DNA of 62,805 nucleotides, counting the filler, from Rhabdomonas costata (taxonomy: Eukaryota), in assembly GCA_019059605.1 (NCBI GenBank). It is 28 parts of 28 records of this genome, joined end to end, with 100 filler letters (N's around TTAATTAATTAA, not from the genome) between each part and the next. Parts side by side here need not be neighbours in the genome. Positions count along the whole stretch, not along the records: positions 11,244 to 13,392 come from JAHMHO010005264.1; positions 13,493 to 15,634 come from JAHMHO010005265.1; positions 15,735 to 17,883 come from JAHMHO010005266.1; positions 17,984 to 20,131 come from JAHMHO010005267.1; positions 20,232 to 22,379 come from JAHMHO010005268.1; positions 22,480 to 24,627 come from JAHMHO010005269.1; 22 more parts are not named here. One strand, 5' to 3'. Numbering within the stretch: position 1 is the stretch's first letter; each line of letters opens with the position of its first letter. Positions 11,340-23,785 of the stretch are shown one piece after another. Below the pieces are notes generated by a model. It worked only from the letters and a program-made list of their open reading frames with translations, was not told where the DNA came from and did no database searches. The position numbers and the translations under genes were made by a program.

Positions 11340-12890
11340 GTGACACTAGCGCGTGCCGCGTCTCGACCGCATCAATGGTCCGGATGCCCCCGTCCTTCTT
11401 TCACCGTGGGGCCAGACGGCCAGCTCCAAACCATTGCGCGAGCTCTGCGGGCAAGCGGCCCTTGCGATAAACGGAGCGACCAGGCTCACGAGCTCGTCCT
11501 GGATGTGGCCCCGGCAGCTCTTTGCTAGCTGGTGGTTGTGTTTTGCCCTGCGCCCAGACGGTCCGGGACGGTGCCCGGGACGAGTCGGTGTATCAGCTTG
11601 TCTGCGTCTTCCCGGTGACTTTGCGGCTCAATGGAATCGACCCTTTTGTGGAAGAGGGCCTGGATCTTGTCCAGATTCCGGCGGACGATGACGGTCCTTC
11701 GGGACAAAGCATTCTACATTCCCTACCCGGACGGCCTTGGTCGACACAGTGCGCTGCCTTCCTCAAAGTGGCGGCTTCCTGGTTGACTTCTAGAAAGTGA
11801 CGGCCCGGGGCCTGATGCCTTTCTTCCTCCATACCAGCACGGTTTCCTTCCAAAACCCGAGGATGTCCCCTTCCGGCCATCGAAAAAACCGCTCGCGCAG
11901 GAGGCGGTCCAGTGAGCTTGTCTTGGTCCGCCATCCAATGATTGGGGCTGCGTGCAAAAGCTGCGCGGTGCGGTAGAGACGCCTGAGGTTGGGCACTTAG
12001 GGACTGATGAAATACTCACAAAGGCAGTCCGGAAAAATGGTTGCCCATTGCTGCGTGTGTCCGTTGTGATGTGCGTGTTAGCTGCCACGGAGGCTTCGCA
12101 GGTCTGTGGGCGAAATATCTCGCGTTCAACAACTTCTTCGATCTCTTCAGCATGACCTGTGACGATGTTGTGAAGGAGGCCAAAAAAGGTTAATGAGCGA
12201 GGTAAATTTACCACCAAAATTGGCATCGTTTATAATTACGTCATCTGAAAGCCCACCAAGGGCAAGTTCCGGTTCATTGCCGGCACAGACCTGAGACCCG
12301 AGACCCAAGATGCTGCCAGCAAGCAAGCTGTCTCTCCACGAAAACACCTTTAAGATTCCCACAAGGCCCTTGTGCGGATCCCCCACAACATCAAGGATAA
12401 GATACGCAAGTCGGAAGACGGAATCAAAGCGTTCTGGGGCATCTACAGCGTGAACGCCTTTGCCGTGATGATTCTAATCAATGCAGACGTTTTGCTCGAG
12501 AACTGGCAAGAGACGGTGGACTTTTGCAACTTGTACCCCTACCTAAGGCTTCAGAAGTTTACATCTAGCGCTGTTAAATTCTCGTCCTTTTCCATGAGTT
12601 GATACAAGCTCACATGCGTCAGTTGTCCAGACATACCGAGTTTTTACCGAGTTTTCAATTCATCTCAACCAGAGTACTAATGTAACCGAGTACGAACCCA
12701 TAGGGTGAAAGTCGAGATACATTAGCACTAAGAAAATTTCAGGAACGGGACAGAGAGTTCCTGCTGTACAACGGTAACTCAGAGATTTTCCTATTTTGGT
12801 GGCAAGCGGTGTTACCACGGCGGAGCCTCTTTGAAGACAAACTTTGGCTCGTGCGCCGTGATGGAGGCTTACCGCAAGGGTGTTTCTTTA
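11340..12890 (+). mobile_element. Decayed Penelope-like (or related) reverse transcriptase
   Basis: RT motifs in order, interrupted by stops and frameshifts: YVI*KPTKGKFRFIAG (~12235-12285), TVDFCNLYPYL (~12512-12545), GGLPQG (~12862-12880). Confidence 0.6.
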
Positions 12891-13501
12891 TATTCTTTCT
12901 TTTGCTTTTTTTGGGTGGGTTACTGCTGGACACGGTTTCCCATGCCTCGTTGTCCTATCACACAAGCTTGTAGAAGTGGGTTCGGACATGTGCCCGGTGT
13001 CACCGCGCGCGCACCAAACGCGAAACGCCACAAAGATGCGATGCCGCAGAAAACTGTTGACACAAGAAGCAATACGCAGGAGCAGAAGCACAAAAGCACA
13101 AAGGACCGAATCTAAGAGATGGAGTATTCTAGGAGAGGCGCGCGGGCAGACGAAGGAAACAGGCACACTGAGGCGCAGGGAAGGGCAGAAGAGTGAGTGC
13201 TTGGCGGGGGCAAAATAGATATGGGGAGGCCGCAGGTTTCGCGCTAAGGCGCTGGCGGCGAGAAAAGGCCAAAGCTCACCACAGCCACGCACAGGGAGAA
13301 CACACACAGAAGCCGGAAAGACGAATCCCACAAAAATAGGCACTCCATGAGGTTGCAATAGCTTTTACAAGTGGGGCTTCCGCCCGAAAACANNNNNNNN
13401 NNNNNNNNNNNNNNNNNNNNNNNNNNNNNNNNNNNNTTAATTAATTAANNNNNNNNNNNNNNNNNNNNNNNNNNNNNNNNNNNNNNNNNNNNGGAGGTGT
13501 G

Positions 13502-13613
13502 GGTTAGGTGAACTTTTCCAGGTTCCCGTTACCACCGGTTCTCTCAGCAGCAGGAGGTTAGGTGAACTTTCCCAGGTCCCCGCTAGGGCCGGTCCTAGCA
13601 TCAGGGAGTTAGA
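13502..13613 (+). repeat. ~54-bp tandem repeat (GGTTAGG-N12-GGTYCC)
   Basis: ggttaggtgaactttyccaggtyccc at 13502 and 13556, with a degenerate third copy near 13607. Confidence 0.65.
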
Positions 13614-13695
13614 TTAACTTAAACCGCCAGTCAAAGCACAGGAAGGGGGGTCCCCACCCCCTGCATACTTACGCCTTGCAAGACGGAAATTCACC

Positions 13696-13755
13696 GAGGA
13701 GGTTATAATGTGCAAGAGGAGGTTATAATGTGCAAGAGGAGGTTATAATTTACAA
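13696..13755 (+). repeat. 20-bp tandem repeat x3
   Basis: gaggaggttataatgtgcaa twice plus one variant copy. Confidence 0.9.
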
Positions 13756-13869
13756 AGGTCGATTTGAAGTACCCTGCTTTTTTTTGGAGTCAATTAGCTT
13801 TTCCCCGTCTGAGAAATAGGTAGGTCAGATGCAGCCGGCAACCCATCGTTTAAATACCCTGCTTGACAG

Positions 13870-15582
13870 ATCATTCCTTCGGACGCGAACCTGGCCTATG
13901 ACATGAAAGATGTCGTGACAACGGTCCTGGACACGGACACGTTCTTCGAGGTTTGCTCGCCCTCAAAAATAACAGCTTTTTTGAACCCACACCAGCCCGT
14001 TTTCAGCGGATTGAGTTGCATGGCATTTAGCTGGCTTTGTTCGGAAGTCCTCCCCGAAGCCTCACGAAGCCCGGGTGACCACTGACGCAACCCAGTAAAC
14101 ACCATCGTCAAAGACGAGCATGTTAGAGCGAGAATCGCTTCCTAAAGGGTCGGGATGTCGCCCCGTTGCACTCCGCCGCCCAGGCATCACGTAGCAGGTC
14201 CCACGTCCCAGCAGGAGGGCACGCGGTAGCCGAAGACGTCACGGGGCGCCCCACAGCTACAAACTCTACAAGGCAGGGTCGAGGCGGAACTGCACTGAAC
14301 ACCCCGTTCTTTATCTTGACCGCTTCTCTTCGATGGCAGTTTTGCGCCCAGTTGTACAGGTTTGGTCGGTGCAGTGGATCTGGAACCCAATTCTTGATTT
14401 AGACTGTTTTTGCTGTCCTCAAAAACGGAAAACGGAATTTTCTTCTTTGACTTGAGGACAGTCCCTTTTTCAGGTTGTTTTCTGCACCCAGTGTTTTGCA
14501 GCCCAATTTCCGCTCGCCTCGAATGTGTTCAAGGATACCATTCCCAAGAAGTATTTAAGCTGCAAATTCGGTGCGAGGCAGAATACACAACATCTTGGCT
14601 CAAATCTCGTGCCGCCCGGTCCTACCAACAGTCGGGCTCATGGGAGATGCGGGTGGGGGGTTTTGGGCCACTTTTTATGGGGTCCGACTCGTCACCACAC
14701 TCGCTACTCGCTGGGCGGCAGACCCCACTGCGTGACTAGACGGCACTAGAGTGGACTCGAAGTGGTGGTCTCACTTTGGTGGTGTGCTTATATTTGGTCT
14801 TCACCTCAAAAGGTCATGCCCAACTACGCGAAGAACATCGTTGTTGGGCTTGGACGCATGGAAGGACAAACGGTTTGCGTGATCGCCAACCAGCCGAAGG
14901 GTCTGGCCGGTGTCCTGGATATTAACAGCAGGTCCCTATGTCATTTCCACGTTGTGTGTTGTGTGTTTTGCCCATGACCATCACATGGTGCAATTGTTTC
15001 CGTTGCTGCTTAGTGTGAAAGCCGCTCGCATGGTGAGATTCGCTGACTGCTTCAACATCCCTATTCTCACATTCGTGGATGTTCCTGGCTTCCTACCTGG
15101 AACTGCACAGGTATTTGCTGTGAAGCTTTCCATGCTGTGAGGGGCGGACCTCCCTAGCCACCTTTTTTGTGTGGTGGTTCCTCTTTCGTCACCCATTGAA
15201 GGCTTCCCTGTCCTCCCTTGTTCCAACGCGTTACCCCACCCCACACCATCTTAACATCAGTCCAACACCGTGCGCCCCTGTTCCCACTCGTTTCCCAACA
15301 ATTGATGAATGAGCGTAGTAAGTTGAGGGATGTATACTGGCTTGTCCCGTGTTCCCGAAATTTAAGGTTTGGTTGGGGAGTAAAACGGGAAAATGCTATG
15401 GTGCGGCCGGAGGGACAATAGACTGCTTTTTGCGGGCTCCCATTCTCTGATTTCCTCCATTGTAAAAACGGCGACGCATGGACACTGCCCACTGCCCTAA
15501 GTGTTGTTCGGCTCGATATTTTTTCACTCAGGAATACGGAGGAATTATTCGCCATGGGTCGAAGCTGCTCTTCGCATTTTCC
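13870..15582 (+). CDS. PCCB: Propionyl-CoA carboxylase beta subunit / carboxyltransferase (partial, 4 exons)
   Basis: Exons 13870-13950, 14813-14931, 15014-15110 and 15532-~15582 give [15 protein letters not shown]...[31 protein letters not shown]...[54 protein letters not shown]. Confidence 0.95.
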
Positions 15583-16113
15583 CGTTTTACTCCCCAACCA
15601 AACCTTAAATTTCGGGAACACGGGACAAACCACCNNNNNNNNNNNNNNNNNNNNNNNNNNNNNNNNNNNNNNNNNNNNTTAATTAATTAANNNNNNNNNN
15701 NNNNNNNNNNNNNNNNNNNNNNNNNNNNNNNNNNTTGGGGTAAGGGTGTGATCAGTTGTCCAATGTTCATAGTGACACTATTGTTTGCAAGCTTTGCAGA
15801 GTGAGATTGCCTGGTGTTTGAAGGCGAGTGCTCGGAATCACGGGGGGTCACAGGGCCACGGGATGGTTCCCTGCGGTTCTGATAAGTATTTTCAGGCGGC
15901 AGAGGGTGATCAACAGTGTCGATAATTGAGGTAGAGATTCCAGTTCACCAGTGGACCGGGACAAATTTCATCCTTTGGCAATTGGCATTTTTTCGTGCAT
16001 CCCCACGCGCGCTGCTGCAGTAAAAAAAAACTCCCTCTCCCTGCACAAACAAACATACGCCCACACCCCACCCTCGGTTTAATCGCCCTCCAAAGACTCT
16101 GGGGTTCACGAAC

Positions 16114-17004
16114 CGTGCCAGGGATGCCCCGGGAGTTAGTAGTCGCCGCAAGCTCGAACGAGGCGTACGATGGGGAGACGTTCTGCAGGCGTCCCACGGA
16201 GAGCGGCCCGATGAGCACGAAGCCCTGCTGGGATGCCGAGGAGGAGCTGCACATGGTACAGGCAAATATGGAGGGGGGCTCTCAAAAATAAGCTGTCGTA
16301 GCTTTTGAGGACCAATACATACCCCCACCCATGGAAACCTTGGGGGCAGAAGCGCATCTTTCGCTTCTAGCACTTTCATTTTCAATGTCACTGTCATTAT
16401 TCAGTCCACATAAGCATTGGGGGTCATGACGTGACTGACCCACACAACAACGGAAAGTTATTCGAGGAGGAAGGATGCCGGGATTTTCGGGTGAAGCAAA
16501 GCAGAAGCAGAAGCAAACATGTCTATCACTTTCACAGCATAATGCCTCCATCCACGGCCGGAGGTTGCGGAGGAACCTTCCGGAAACCTCCCTCCTGTTG
16601 ATTGCATAATTTCTTTTCTCCGAGAGAAAGCTTGTGCATCTTCGTTCTAAACATGAACGTGCCTAAACGTTCCGCAGTGCAAAAAGCTCCATGAGGCATA
16701 AAACTGACCATTTGCTCCACGCGAGCAATGACGGGTGCGAAGCAAATTTGTGATAAAACCAAAAAGAAGATGACAGGACCAGGATGAAGAAGCCCCAAAG
16801 CACCGCAAAGCACTTGCGAAACAGATCCTGTCCTCTTAAATTGAACCGAGGCTTCGAAAGATGTATTTGTGCAACAGTTGAAGGGGACTCGGAACGGCAA
16901 GGGTCCGATCACCTCGGGATGTAGACATCGCTGATGGTGTACGACGGAGGTGAACCGGTGCAATGCCGGAAAAGCAGAAGCACCAGAACAAGCAGCGCCG
17001 TCAT
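16114..17004 (-). CDS. Secreted or surface hypothetical protein, N-terminal two exons
   Basis: Exons 17004-16913 and 16246-16114 join in frame: MTALLVLVLLLFRHCTG-SPPSYTISDVYIPS|SSSASQQGFVLIGPLSVG... The N-terminus is signal-peptide-like. Confidence 0.6.
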
Positions 17005-17729
17005 TGTGAGCTTGAAACGGAGCGAGCCGTTGGTTGACTCACCACAACCAAAACCACGCCGTGAGTCAGAGAAGGTAGGTCAAGTGAAGAAAGACCTCCC
17101 CCTCTACGGAGGCAAGCTGAGCATACAAGGTTCGCAGAGGTCGACAGTCAGGCACAAAAAAAAAGGCAAAGGAGACGACAAAAATCTGCAAAGACAGGCG
17201 CAGGCTACGAGGTGGTGGGCTCTGTGTGGGAATGAACAACCGACGTGTGCCAAAGGAGAGGGTTAGAGTGCGATCACGATGTTTTGACCAGAGTCCCTGT
17301 TCTGTCTGGACGCGTATTCCGTCCCAACAATAAGAACTAGCACTTGCGCAGTTGATGTCCGGAGAGAAAAGGCATTGCAAATCTTGCAATCCCCAAGCAA
17401 AGCGAAAAATCGCCATACAAATAGATACGACATTTCAGTGGGAAATCCGTTTGGTTGTATGCCCATAGCATCCTCGTTCAGTGGAGTCTTGCGGCAAACT
17501 ATGATGCTGAAGCTGCTTGACAGCGTTGATTAAGGCGCGGCTGGTCCGGGAGCTGAGGCAGCGATGCCCACCTAAAGGCTTTCATTAGGGCACGCATAAG
17601 TGCATTTATGCCCCCACCCCCATTCCGCTAGAACCCGCCCATGCATGTCCAACAAATGAAAGCACCTAGGATCTTGGGCCGCAGCGGAGCGGCCCAAGAC
17701 ATCTTGGAAAGAGTCCCAGGAGATCCATG

Positions 17730-17860
17730 CATCGCCTCCTAACCCCCTGTAAAAGTTTCTAATACAATCCAAAGGGACCCGTCCATCGCTCCCTAACCCC
17801 CCTGCAAATTCCTATATTAGAATCCCAGGGGACCCGTGCATCACCTCCTAACCCCATGCA
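17730..17860 (-). repeat. 54-55-bp minisatellite x~2.5 containing CCTAACCCC
   Basis: cctaacc at 17738, 17792 and 17847, with conserved gggacccgt-cat flanks. Confidence 0.8.
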
Positions 17861-18014
17861 TTCTCGGGAAGGGGCCCAACACANNNNNNNNNNNNNNNNN
17901 NNNNNNNNNNNNNNNNNNNNNNNNNNNTTAATTAATTAANNNNNNNNNNNNNNNNNNNNNNNNNNNNNNNNNNNNNNNNNNNNGGTGGGCGGACTTATGA
18001 GGAGAGTAAGGGTT

Positions 18015-19915
18015 CACACCATTCCACGGCGGACATGTCTGTGACGGCCATCACCAGAGGCTCGCACAGCACGTTGAAGGCTTCCAGCAGGCAACGCCGC
18101 ATCCGGTGCAGCAGAAGGCCCGCAGGCAGAGCCAAGGCCCGCCAGAGGTATGCTGTCAATTCATCCAACCCAAAAAAGACCTTCCCACCCCAAAGACAGT
18201 GAGACGACATGCTAATGTCTCCTGTCGGTGCGTACGCATGTGCATGTGTGGTTAGCTGTTGCCGAGCTGACTTCTCGAGCAATCTCATGCCTGTTCTGCT
18301 GGGCACGCGAGCTGTGGGCATTGCTAGTCCTGTTGGCTGCAGTGGGATACACCAATGAGGTACACAATGTGATGCTCAATGACATAACAACCATTTCTCG
18401 GGTCACAGCAGCCTTTCAGGTGAGTCCCTGGATCGGCAGTTGATGGCCTAAAAGTGGTCATGGTGCTGACACCAAGGCGCGTTACAAACGCATTCCTGCA
18501 GTCAAGTCAAAGCTACGTTATTGCCCTCCCGCTGCATCCGTTGCTGCTCTGGTTCAAAAAGAGGCGAACTGCTTTGCTGCGGTTGCGGCTGCCGACACTC
18601 CGGTACGCGTGTAAAGCTGCCCGCATGAGTGATGACTGTTGTTGTGTGTTGTTGATAAAAGGTTTCTGGGAAAAAGGAAAACGCAGCAGATATTCGCTCT
18701 TTAAAGACCTGAAGTGTCCTGCAGATGGGCCAGAACCTTCCTGCGGTTGGGCGCAGGAATCTCCAGAAGCCTGGACCGGGGAAAAGCCGCTCAAATAAAG
18801 CCAATTCTAAAAATGGCAGGTGGAGAGCAACCGAGAGAGGAGGGGCGCCAAAAAACAGCCAAAATCGAGCCCCATGCTCTCACACCAGGAATAGGGGAAA
18901 CTGTGGCTAAAAGGGACACGTGTTAAAACGACACCAACACCGCCGTTGGGTTCGGATCTCACGGCAAGAACGTTTCCTGACTCCAACTCCAGCACCTGCG
19001 CGACGAGCTCGAATGCATATTTGTGCACTGCCCAAGCCGGTAACTTTGTGGAAGGCATCAATACAGAAATGTCCACTGTGGCTACGATCCTCCCATGAAC
19101 ACGCACCAGATGTTTTTCTCAGCAAGGTGCTGCCAGTGCATCTCGAGGTAGCTTCCAACCCCAGAACGCCGCAGCTGCTGGACTACAAAGTGGGGCCTGC
19201 TCAGGCCCTGCTGCTGCAGAAAGGCTTCCATGCTGGTGGTGTATCTGAACCCCACCACGATCCCACCCCAACCCTTCCTTCCACTCACCAACAATATCAC
19301 GGAAGTAGGAAGAGATTGGGAAACACGCGGGGTACGCCGTTGTGGCAGCTGCAAAACCAACACGTCATCAAATCAACCCGAAAGCTGTAATTTGACGCAG
19401 GAGCAGGCCATCACATCCAGCCTCACCGCCCGCAAAGGGCTGAAATTTGTACTTTTCGGTCGAAGCAGTTAATTCATTCAAAAAAATATAGCGATCCTGG
19501 GAAGAAACGAAAACCGACTTCACACTTGAAATGATTTGTAATAACATGAGGGGTTGGTAATCTTTGTCAGTGCTTCCTTGGTCAAAGCCACTGCTGACTA
19601 AAGACTGGCCTGTGGCTGGGCGGCCGGAGCGGAAAGCTGGGAAAATGACCTGGGGGCCTTTAAGCACGGTTTTAAAACACTCCCAAGAAAAAATTGTTAG
19701 AACTGTAACGGTTACCCCCCCTCTCAAAAAAAAACTCGAGTACCCTCCGCGCCGCACCTTTGGAAAACGCGGTACACGTTCACCGCTCCCACGCTCATTA
19801 GGGTGACCCAACCCAGGAAGGGCCCCACGTACACAGCCGTGGACGGGGACGAGGTGGCGGACGACGTGGGCAGGGAGGACCACTGCATTTTGAGCGCGGT
19901 GGCTGTCGGAGCGAG
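18015..19915 (-). CDS. Possible exons of a hypothetical protein
   Basis: GC-rich segments 19915-~19808 (LAPTATALKMQWSS...) and 18152-~18015 (YLWRALALPAGLLLHR...) follow AG acceptors. The exon join is not established. Confidence 0.3.
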
Positions 19916-21191
19916 CTTGATAAAGATTCAGCAGCACAGTGACGGCTCGGAAAGGCGACAGGCAGCACCGCCTCGCACAAGGGCACCAAAAAACACCCAC
20001 ACTCGCACAGTTGCGGACTGAAGTAAACGAGATGGAAATGACTCTCCTCCAAGGAAGAATGAGGCCGTCGCACTAGGATTGCAGTCCAGTGGATTGCAGA
20101 TGGGGGGGGGCATGGCACGGGTGTGGGTAAGNNNNNNNNNNNNNNNNNNNNNNNNNNNNNNNNNNNNNNNNNNNNTTAATTAATTAANNNNNNNNNNNNN
20201 NNNNNNNNNNNNNNNNNNNNNNNNNNNNNNNAAGTGATCTTCTCAGTCAGAAAAACGCTGGGTTACAGGCTCACTTGTGTGAATTCGAATTCCGTAAATT
20301 GAAAACAACGATTCCAATCAACAACATCTAGAATCAGAATGGAAGTGCGAAGGGAAAACGGGAAGTGAGCTTCTTCTCACCGCTGCCAAATCCATCATGG
20401 CGTTGGGTTTTAATCGAATGCACCCAAATAAGAAGCGGTGGGAAACTGCCCTTTTTTCCGCCAAACTGCCCATTGGTTGCTAAAGGACTTCTCCCTGAGC
20501 CCCATTTGTGAGCAGCACACACAGGAAGGTTCACACAGATGTCGGGCCAACGTGTAAGGTAAAAAGAAAAAGGGAAAAAGGACAAAAGGCAAAGGGTGAA
20601 GGCACGGCAAAGGACAAGCCTCAGTACAAGTGCCGTGTAACTGTGTCCCACAACACACAAGGCAGTGCAGGAGTAATGCACAACACGCGAGTGAACACAT
20701 GGAAACGTAGTTCCCAGGAAACGCACCGACAAAAAAGAAGAGAAGAGAAGCACTCTGAGGGTCACCCGCTCTGTGGGCGTCAACACTGCCTTTCGCTTTG
20801 TTTGGCAATTCTTCAGACTCACTCTTCTCCCATTCAGAAAACACAAAAAACCGCAGGCAAGAGCCAAGAGGGTCTGCTAAACCAACACCAAGAGTGACGA
20901 TGAGTGGTTGGAGAAGACTGGCGCAAAAAACCAGTGTGCATATATTACCGTACAGTGTTCGAGTGTGAGACAAGAGGAGTAAACCTCCAGCCCGACCAGC
21001 TTCCAGAAAAAAAGTACTACTCGGTCCTCATCTCAAACTGAAGTGCTGTCGATAAAATCTGAGGAAAAACTAATCGAGGGCGAACGAAGAAATTACTGAT
21101 CCCAAGTGAACTCCCGACCAAGAGCTCACCAGTGTGCTTGATCAAGGCACCGCAAAGCTGGTCCGCTTCGGTGCTTTCTCTTGCCTGCCAC

Positions 21192-22379
21192 TCAGAACGG
21201 GGGAGCAGACGGAAATGTCTGCACTGCCATTCGTACCCGTCGCCGGGGGGAGGGGTTCAACATTCCAAACCGTGGTGAGATGGTCTCCCGGGGAACACTG
21301 CAACTTCCATCAGCACCACGTACAACGCTGCTTCGTCGGCGGCCGTCCACAGGGGCCGCGGGAAGGCTTGTTGAACGCCGGCGCGAGGTGCTGGCTTCTC
21401 TATGGCTTTGCTGTGCAACGCTGACTGGTACGGTATCAGGAGAGGTCGAAGGCTCAGTTGCAGTGGAAGACGAAGCAATCAGCAGACGGGTGCGATCGAG
21501 AGACGATAGCCGCAAGGAAGGCTTCCTTGCCCTTGGTTGGGTGAGTCGAGGTCCCGAGGACCCAGGCGCACCTTCTTTGCCGTCCCCTCCGATGGGTTGG
21601 CTCACCAGCGGTGCCGAGGCACTATAACCATATACTTCCGTGTTTCGCCGCGACGAAAGCTTTGTTGGACCGGAGATGGGGTCGGTGGCCGCTGCGCCCG
21701 CAGTGGTCGCAGCCGGAACCTTTGGAAGGCTGCGAGACAACGGCTGAAGATGCCGCAGCCTTGCACTCCCGACGTATTTATCCACAGCGTAAAGACCACT
21801 ATCTGTTCCTTCGAGGTCTCTTCTGGGAGAAAGGCTCAAAGAAATCGAGCCTCGCTCTGCACCAGACCTCACACGTGGTTTTACAGACTCTTCTCCCTCT
21901 GAGCCAGAGCGCTGCTTGGGGGCCGTGTCAAGGGCAGGGCCCACTTTGGGAGAGCGGACCAAGCTTTCCAAGGGGGATAGCGGAGACAAAGGGGATACCG
22001 CCTTTGGGGATACGGCGGAGGGCTCGTTGGGAGCCCGGGAAGCCTCCTCCGAGGCTTCTCCGACAGGGTCCAACCGAACCGACCGCAGTCCACCAGGAGA
22101 GAGGGCACTCTCTCTGCGTGCTGATACAGGCTCCTCAACCTCACCCTGTGGCAGGGATGGAGTGAGTGAGATAGAAAGGCGTCTTATGAAGCCTTTGGGC
22201 TGTAGAGGAGGTCCGTTTCGGGCGCTTTGCGGATCTGAAGCTGGCGCAGGGCCCCTCGCGACGACTCCAACGCTAGGTCGCAGCAAGGGTGAGGTCCAGG
22301 ATTCTTCGCAGGCGGTGCGAGGGGTGGAGACAATGCTCAAGGAGCGCCGGGAAGTCCCCGGATTCTTCGCAACAAAACC
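21192..22379 (-). CDS. Ser/Pro/Arg-rich low-complexity C-terminal region of an unknown protein
   Basis: ORF of more than 380 codons, open to the contig end, with many SP motifs. No domain recognised. Confidence 0.55.
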   Translation of the reverse strand, partial: GFVAKNPGTSRRSLSIVSTPRTACEESWTSPLLRPSVGVVARGPAPASDPQSARNGPPLQPKGFIRRLSISLTPSLPQGEVEEPVSARRESALSPGGLRSVRLDPVGEASEEASRAPNEPSAVSPKAVSPLSPLSPLESLVRSPKVGPALDTAPKQRSGSEGEESVKPRVRSGAERGSISLSLSPRRDLEGTDSGLYAVDKYVGSARLRHLQPLSRSLPKVPAATTAGAAATDPISGPTKLSSRRNTEVYGYSASAPLVSQPIGGDGKEGAPGSSGPRLTQPRARKPSLRLSSLDRTRLLIASSSTATEPSTSPDTVPVSVAQQSHREASTSRRRSTSLPAAPVDGRRRSSVVRGADGSCSVPRETISPRFGMLNPSPRRRVRMAVQTFPSAPPF

Positions 22380-22504
22380 NNNNNNNNNNNNNNNNNNNNN
22401 NNNNNNNNNNNNNNNNNNNNNNNTTAATTAATTAANNNNNNNNNNNNNNNNNNNNNNNNNNNNNNNNNNNNNNNNNNNNGGGGTTGGGTGCACCTCCTGC
22501 GGGC

Positions 22505-23785
22505 GAAGCCTGGCAAGGCCCGCAGGAGGTGCACCCCAACGGTGTGGTGGTGCGCCAGAAGCACCACGCACCACCGGAACATCCAGACCAAGGACCATGT
22601 CATGAGTTCTCTCAGGTGGTCCGCGTCAATCGAGGTGTGGAAGCTCCCTGCCAGGCACCAAAGGATGGAAATGGAATTCGAATTCTAGGGAAGAAGAGCG
22701 GATCAAGCTGCTGCACTGCCATGGCTCCAAGGGAAGGGTGTGGGCCTGGTTTTGTCCGACATTTCAGTATTCCTCGCTTTGAATAACATCACGTTTGCGC
22801 TCTCCCGAGACCAAAAAAAGTATTAAAACTCAATCGAATTCCAGCTGGAGGTCGCTCGTGACCGGAGTCCCCTGTGAAAATCACATTGAGCTGGTCGCCG
22901 CTGCCAGGGGCTCTTTAACTCCATGCACCACCCACACCAGTAAATTTCCCATCGAATAGCAAGCCCAAATTCAATGATGTCGTCGTGGAACCGATCATCC
23001 AAAGCCTTGAGGTTCGCGGAACCTCATAGCTTACTACATGAAACACATGACTAACAGGTACTTGCCTAAAAAATAAGCTGGATTAAATCACACATATACA
23101 GACCCTTGGTATGGAGGTAAAGCACCCAGTCCTCAGGGTGTTCCCGAGCGTACGCCAGAAGCGCGCGAAGGGTGGGGAACTCGAAGTCTTTGAAGTTGCC
23201 ATAGCCTACCAAAGTCGTGTTGCGCGGAAGCTCAGGGGCCAAACTGCGGTTCCCCGAAATACCCACGAAGAGCCGAGCATAGCACAGTAACCCCGAAACC
23301 TGCAGGTCTCGAAGCATCTGCTGAGCGACCACCCTGCTATAGGACGAGTTCAGCCCCAGGTGCAGGAAAACAGCGAGCCGGCGCCCGCCCAGAGCCTGGA
23401 GGAAGGCTGGGTCCCACACACTCATGTTCCTCTCGTCGGCCATGGAAACCAGCGCAGGCGCCACTCTGGTGAAGAACGACCGCTCCAGCGCAGCGAGCAT
23501 CTGAAGCATTCCCTTGGTTGTGCTCACACCTTGAAGGAGGGTGGTCAGGTCGGCCTTTCCTTGGGGGGGAGGGGCACGCCCAACCTCTGGAATGCACCAA
23601 GGCCCTCCAGAAAAGCCTCGCCAAGTCTCACCTAAGTAGGCCACTGGCGAAAGCCGGGCGGTGGCGGAGACAGTGGGAAGGGAACCAACGGAGCGCAGCA
23701 GCGCAGCCCGGCCCAGCAGAATCAGCCCCAACAGAACGAGAAGAGCATTCCGAATCAGCTGCAGCACCGATCCCTCGGGGGCCAT
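22505..23785 (-). CDS. Type II membrane glycosyltransferase-like protein of the uncharacterised 'ExxTL...VLYLHTKG' family (partial)
   Basis: Exon 23785-23104 has an N-terminal TM and FEFPTLRALLAYAREHPEDWVLYLHTKG. It is spliced G|GT..AG|GG to exon 22647-~22505 (SFHTSIDADHLRELMTWSLVWMFRWCVVLL..TVG). Confidence 0.7.

Noticed and set aside
12241..12290. Stop-codon reassignment (TGA in an RT motif)
   Set aside because: It occurs only in a decayed element. Reconstructed host exons have no in-frame stops and end in normal TAA/TGA.
15342..15628. 55-bp perfect inverted repeat (15342-15396 / 15574-15628) that might be a structured nonconventional intron
   Set aside because: The second arm runs to the contig end and starts at a GCATTTTCC microhomology inside the PCCB exon, which indicates a template-switch chimera.
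18900..19450. ORFs 18920..19390 and neighbours
   Set aside because: No recognisable domain or exon-like composition. Probably decayed repeat or intron sequence.
22486..22536. 19-bp-arm hairpin
   Set aside because: It is at a contig start within coding sequence; same fold-back artefact.
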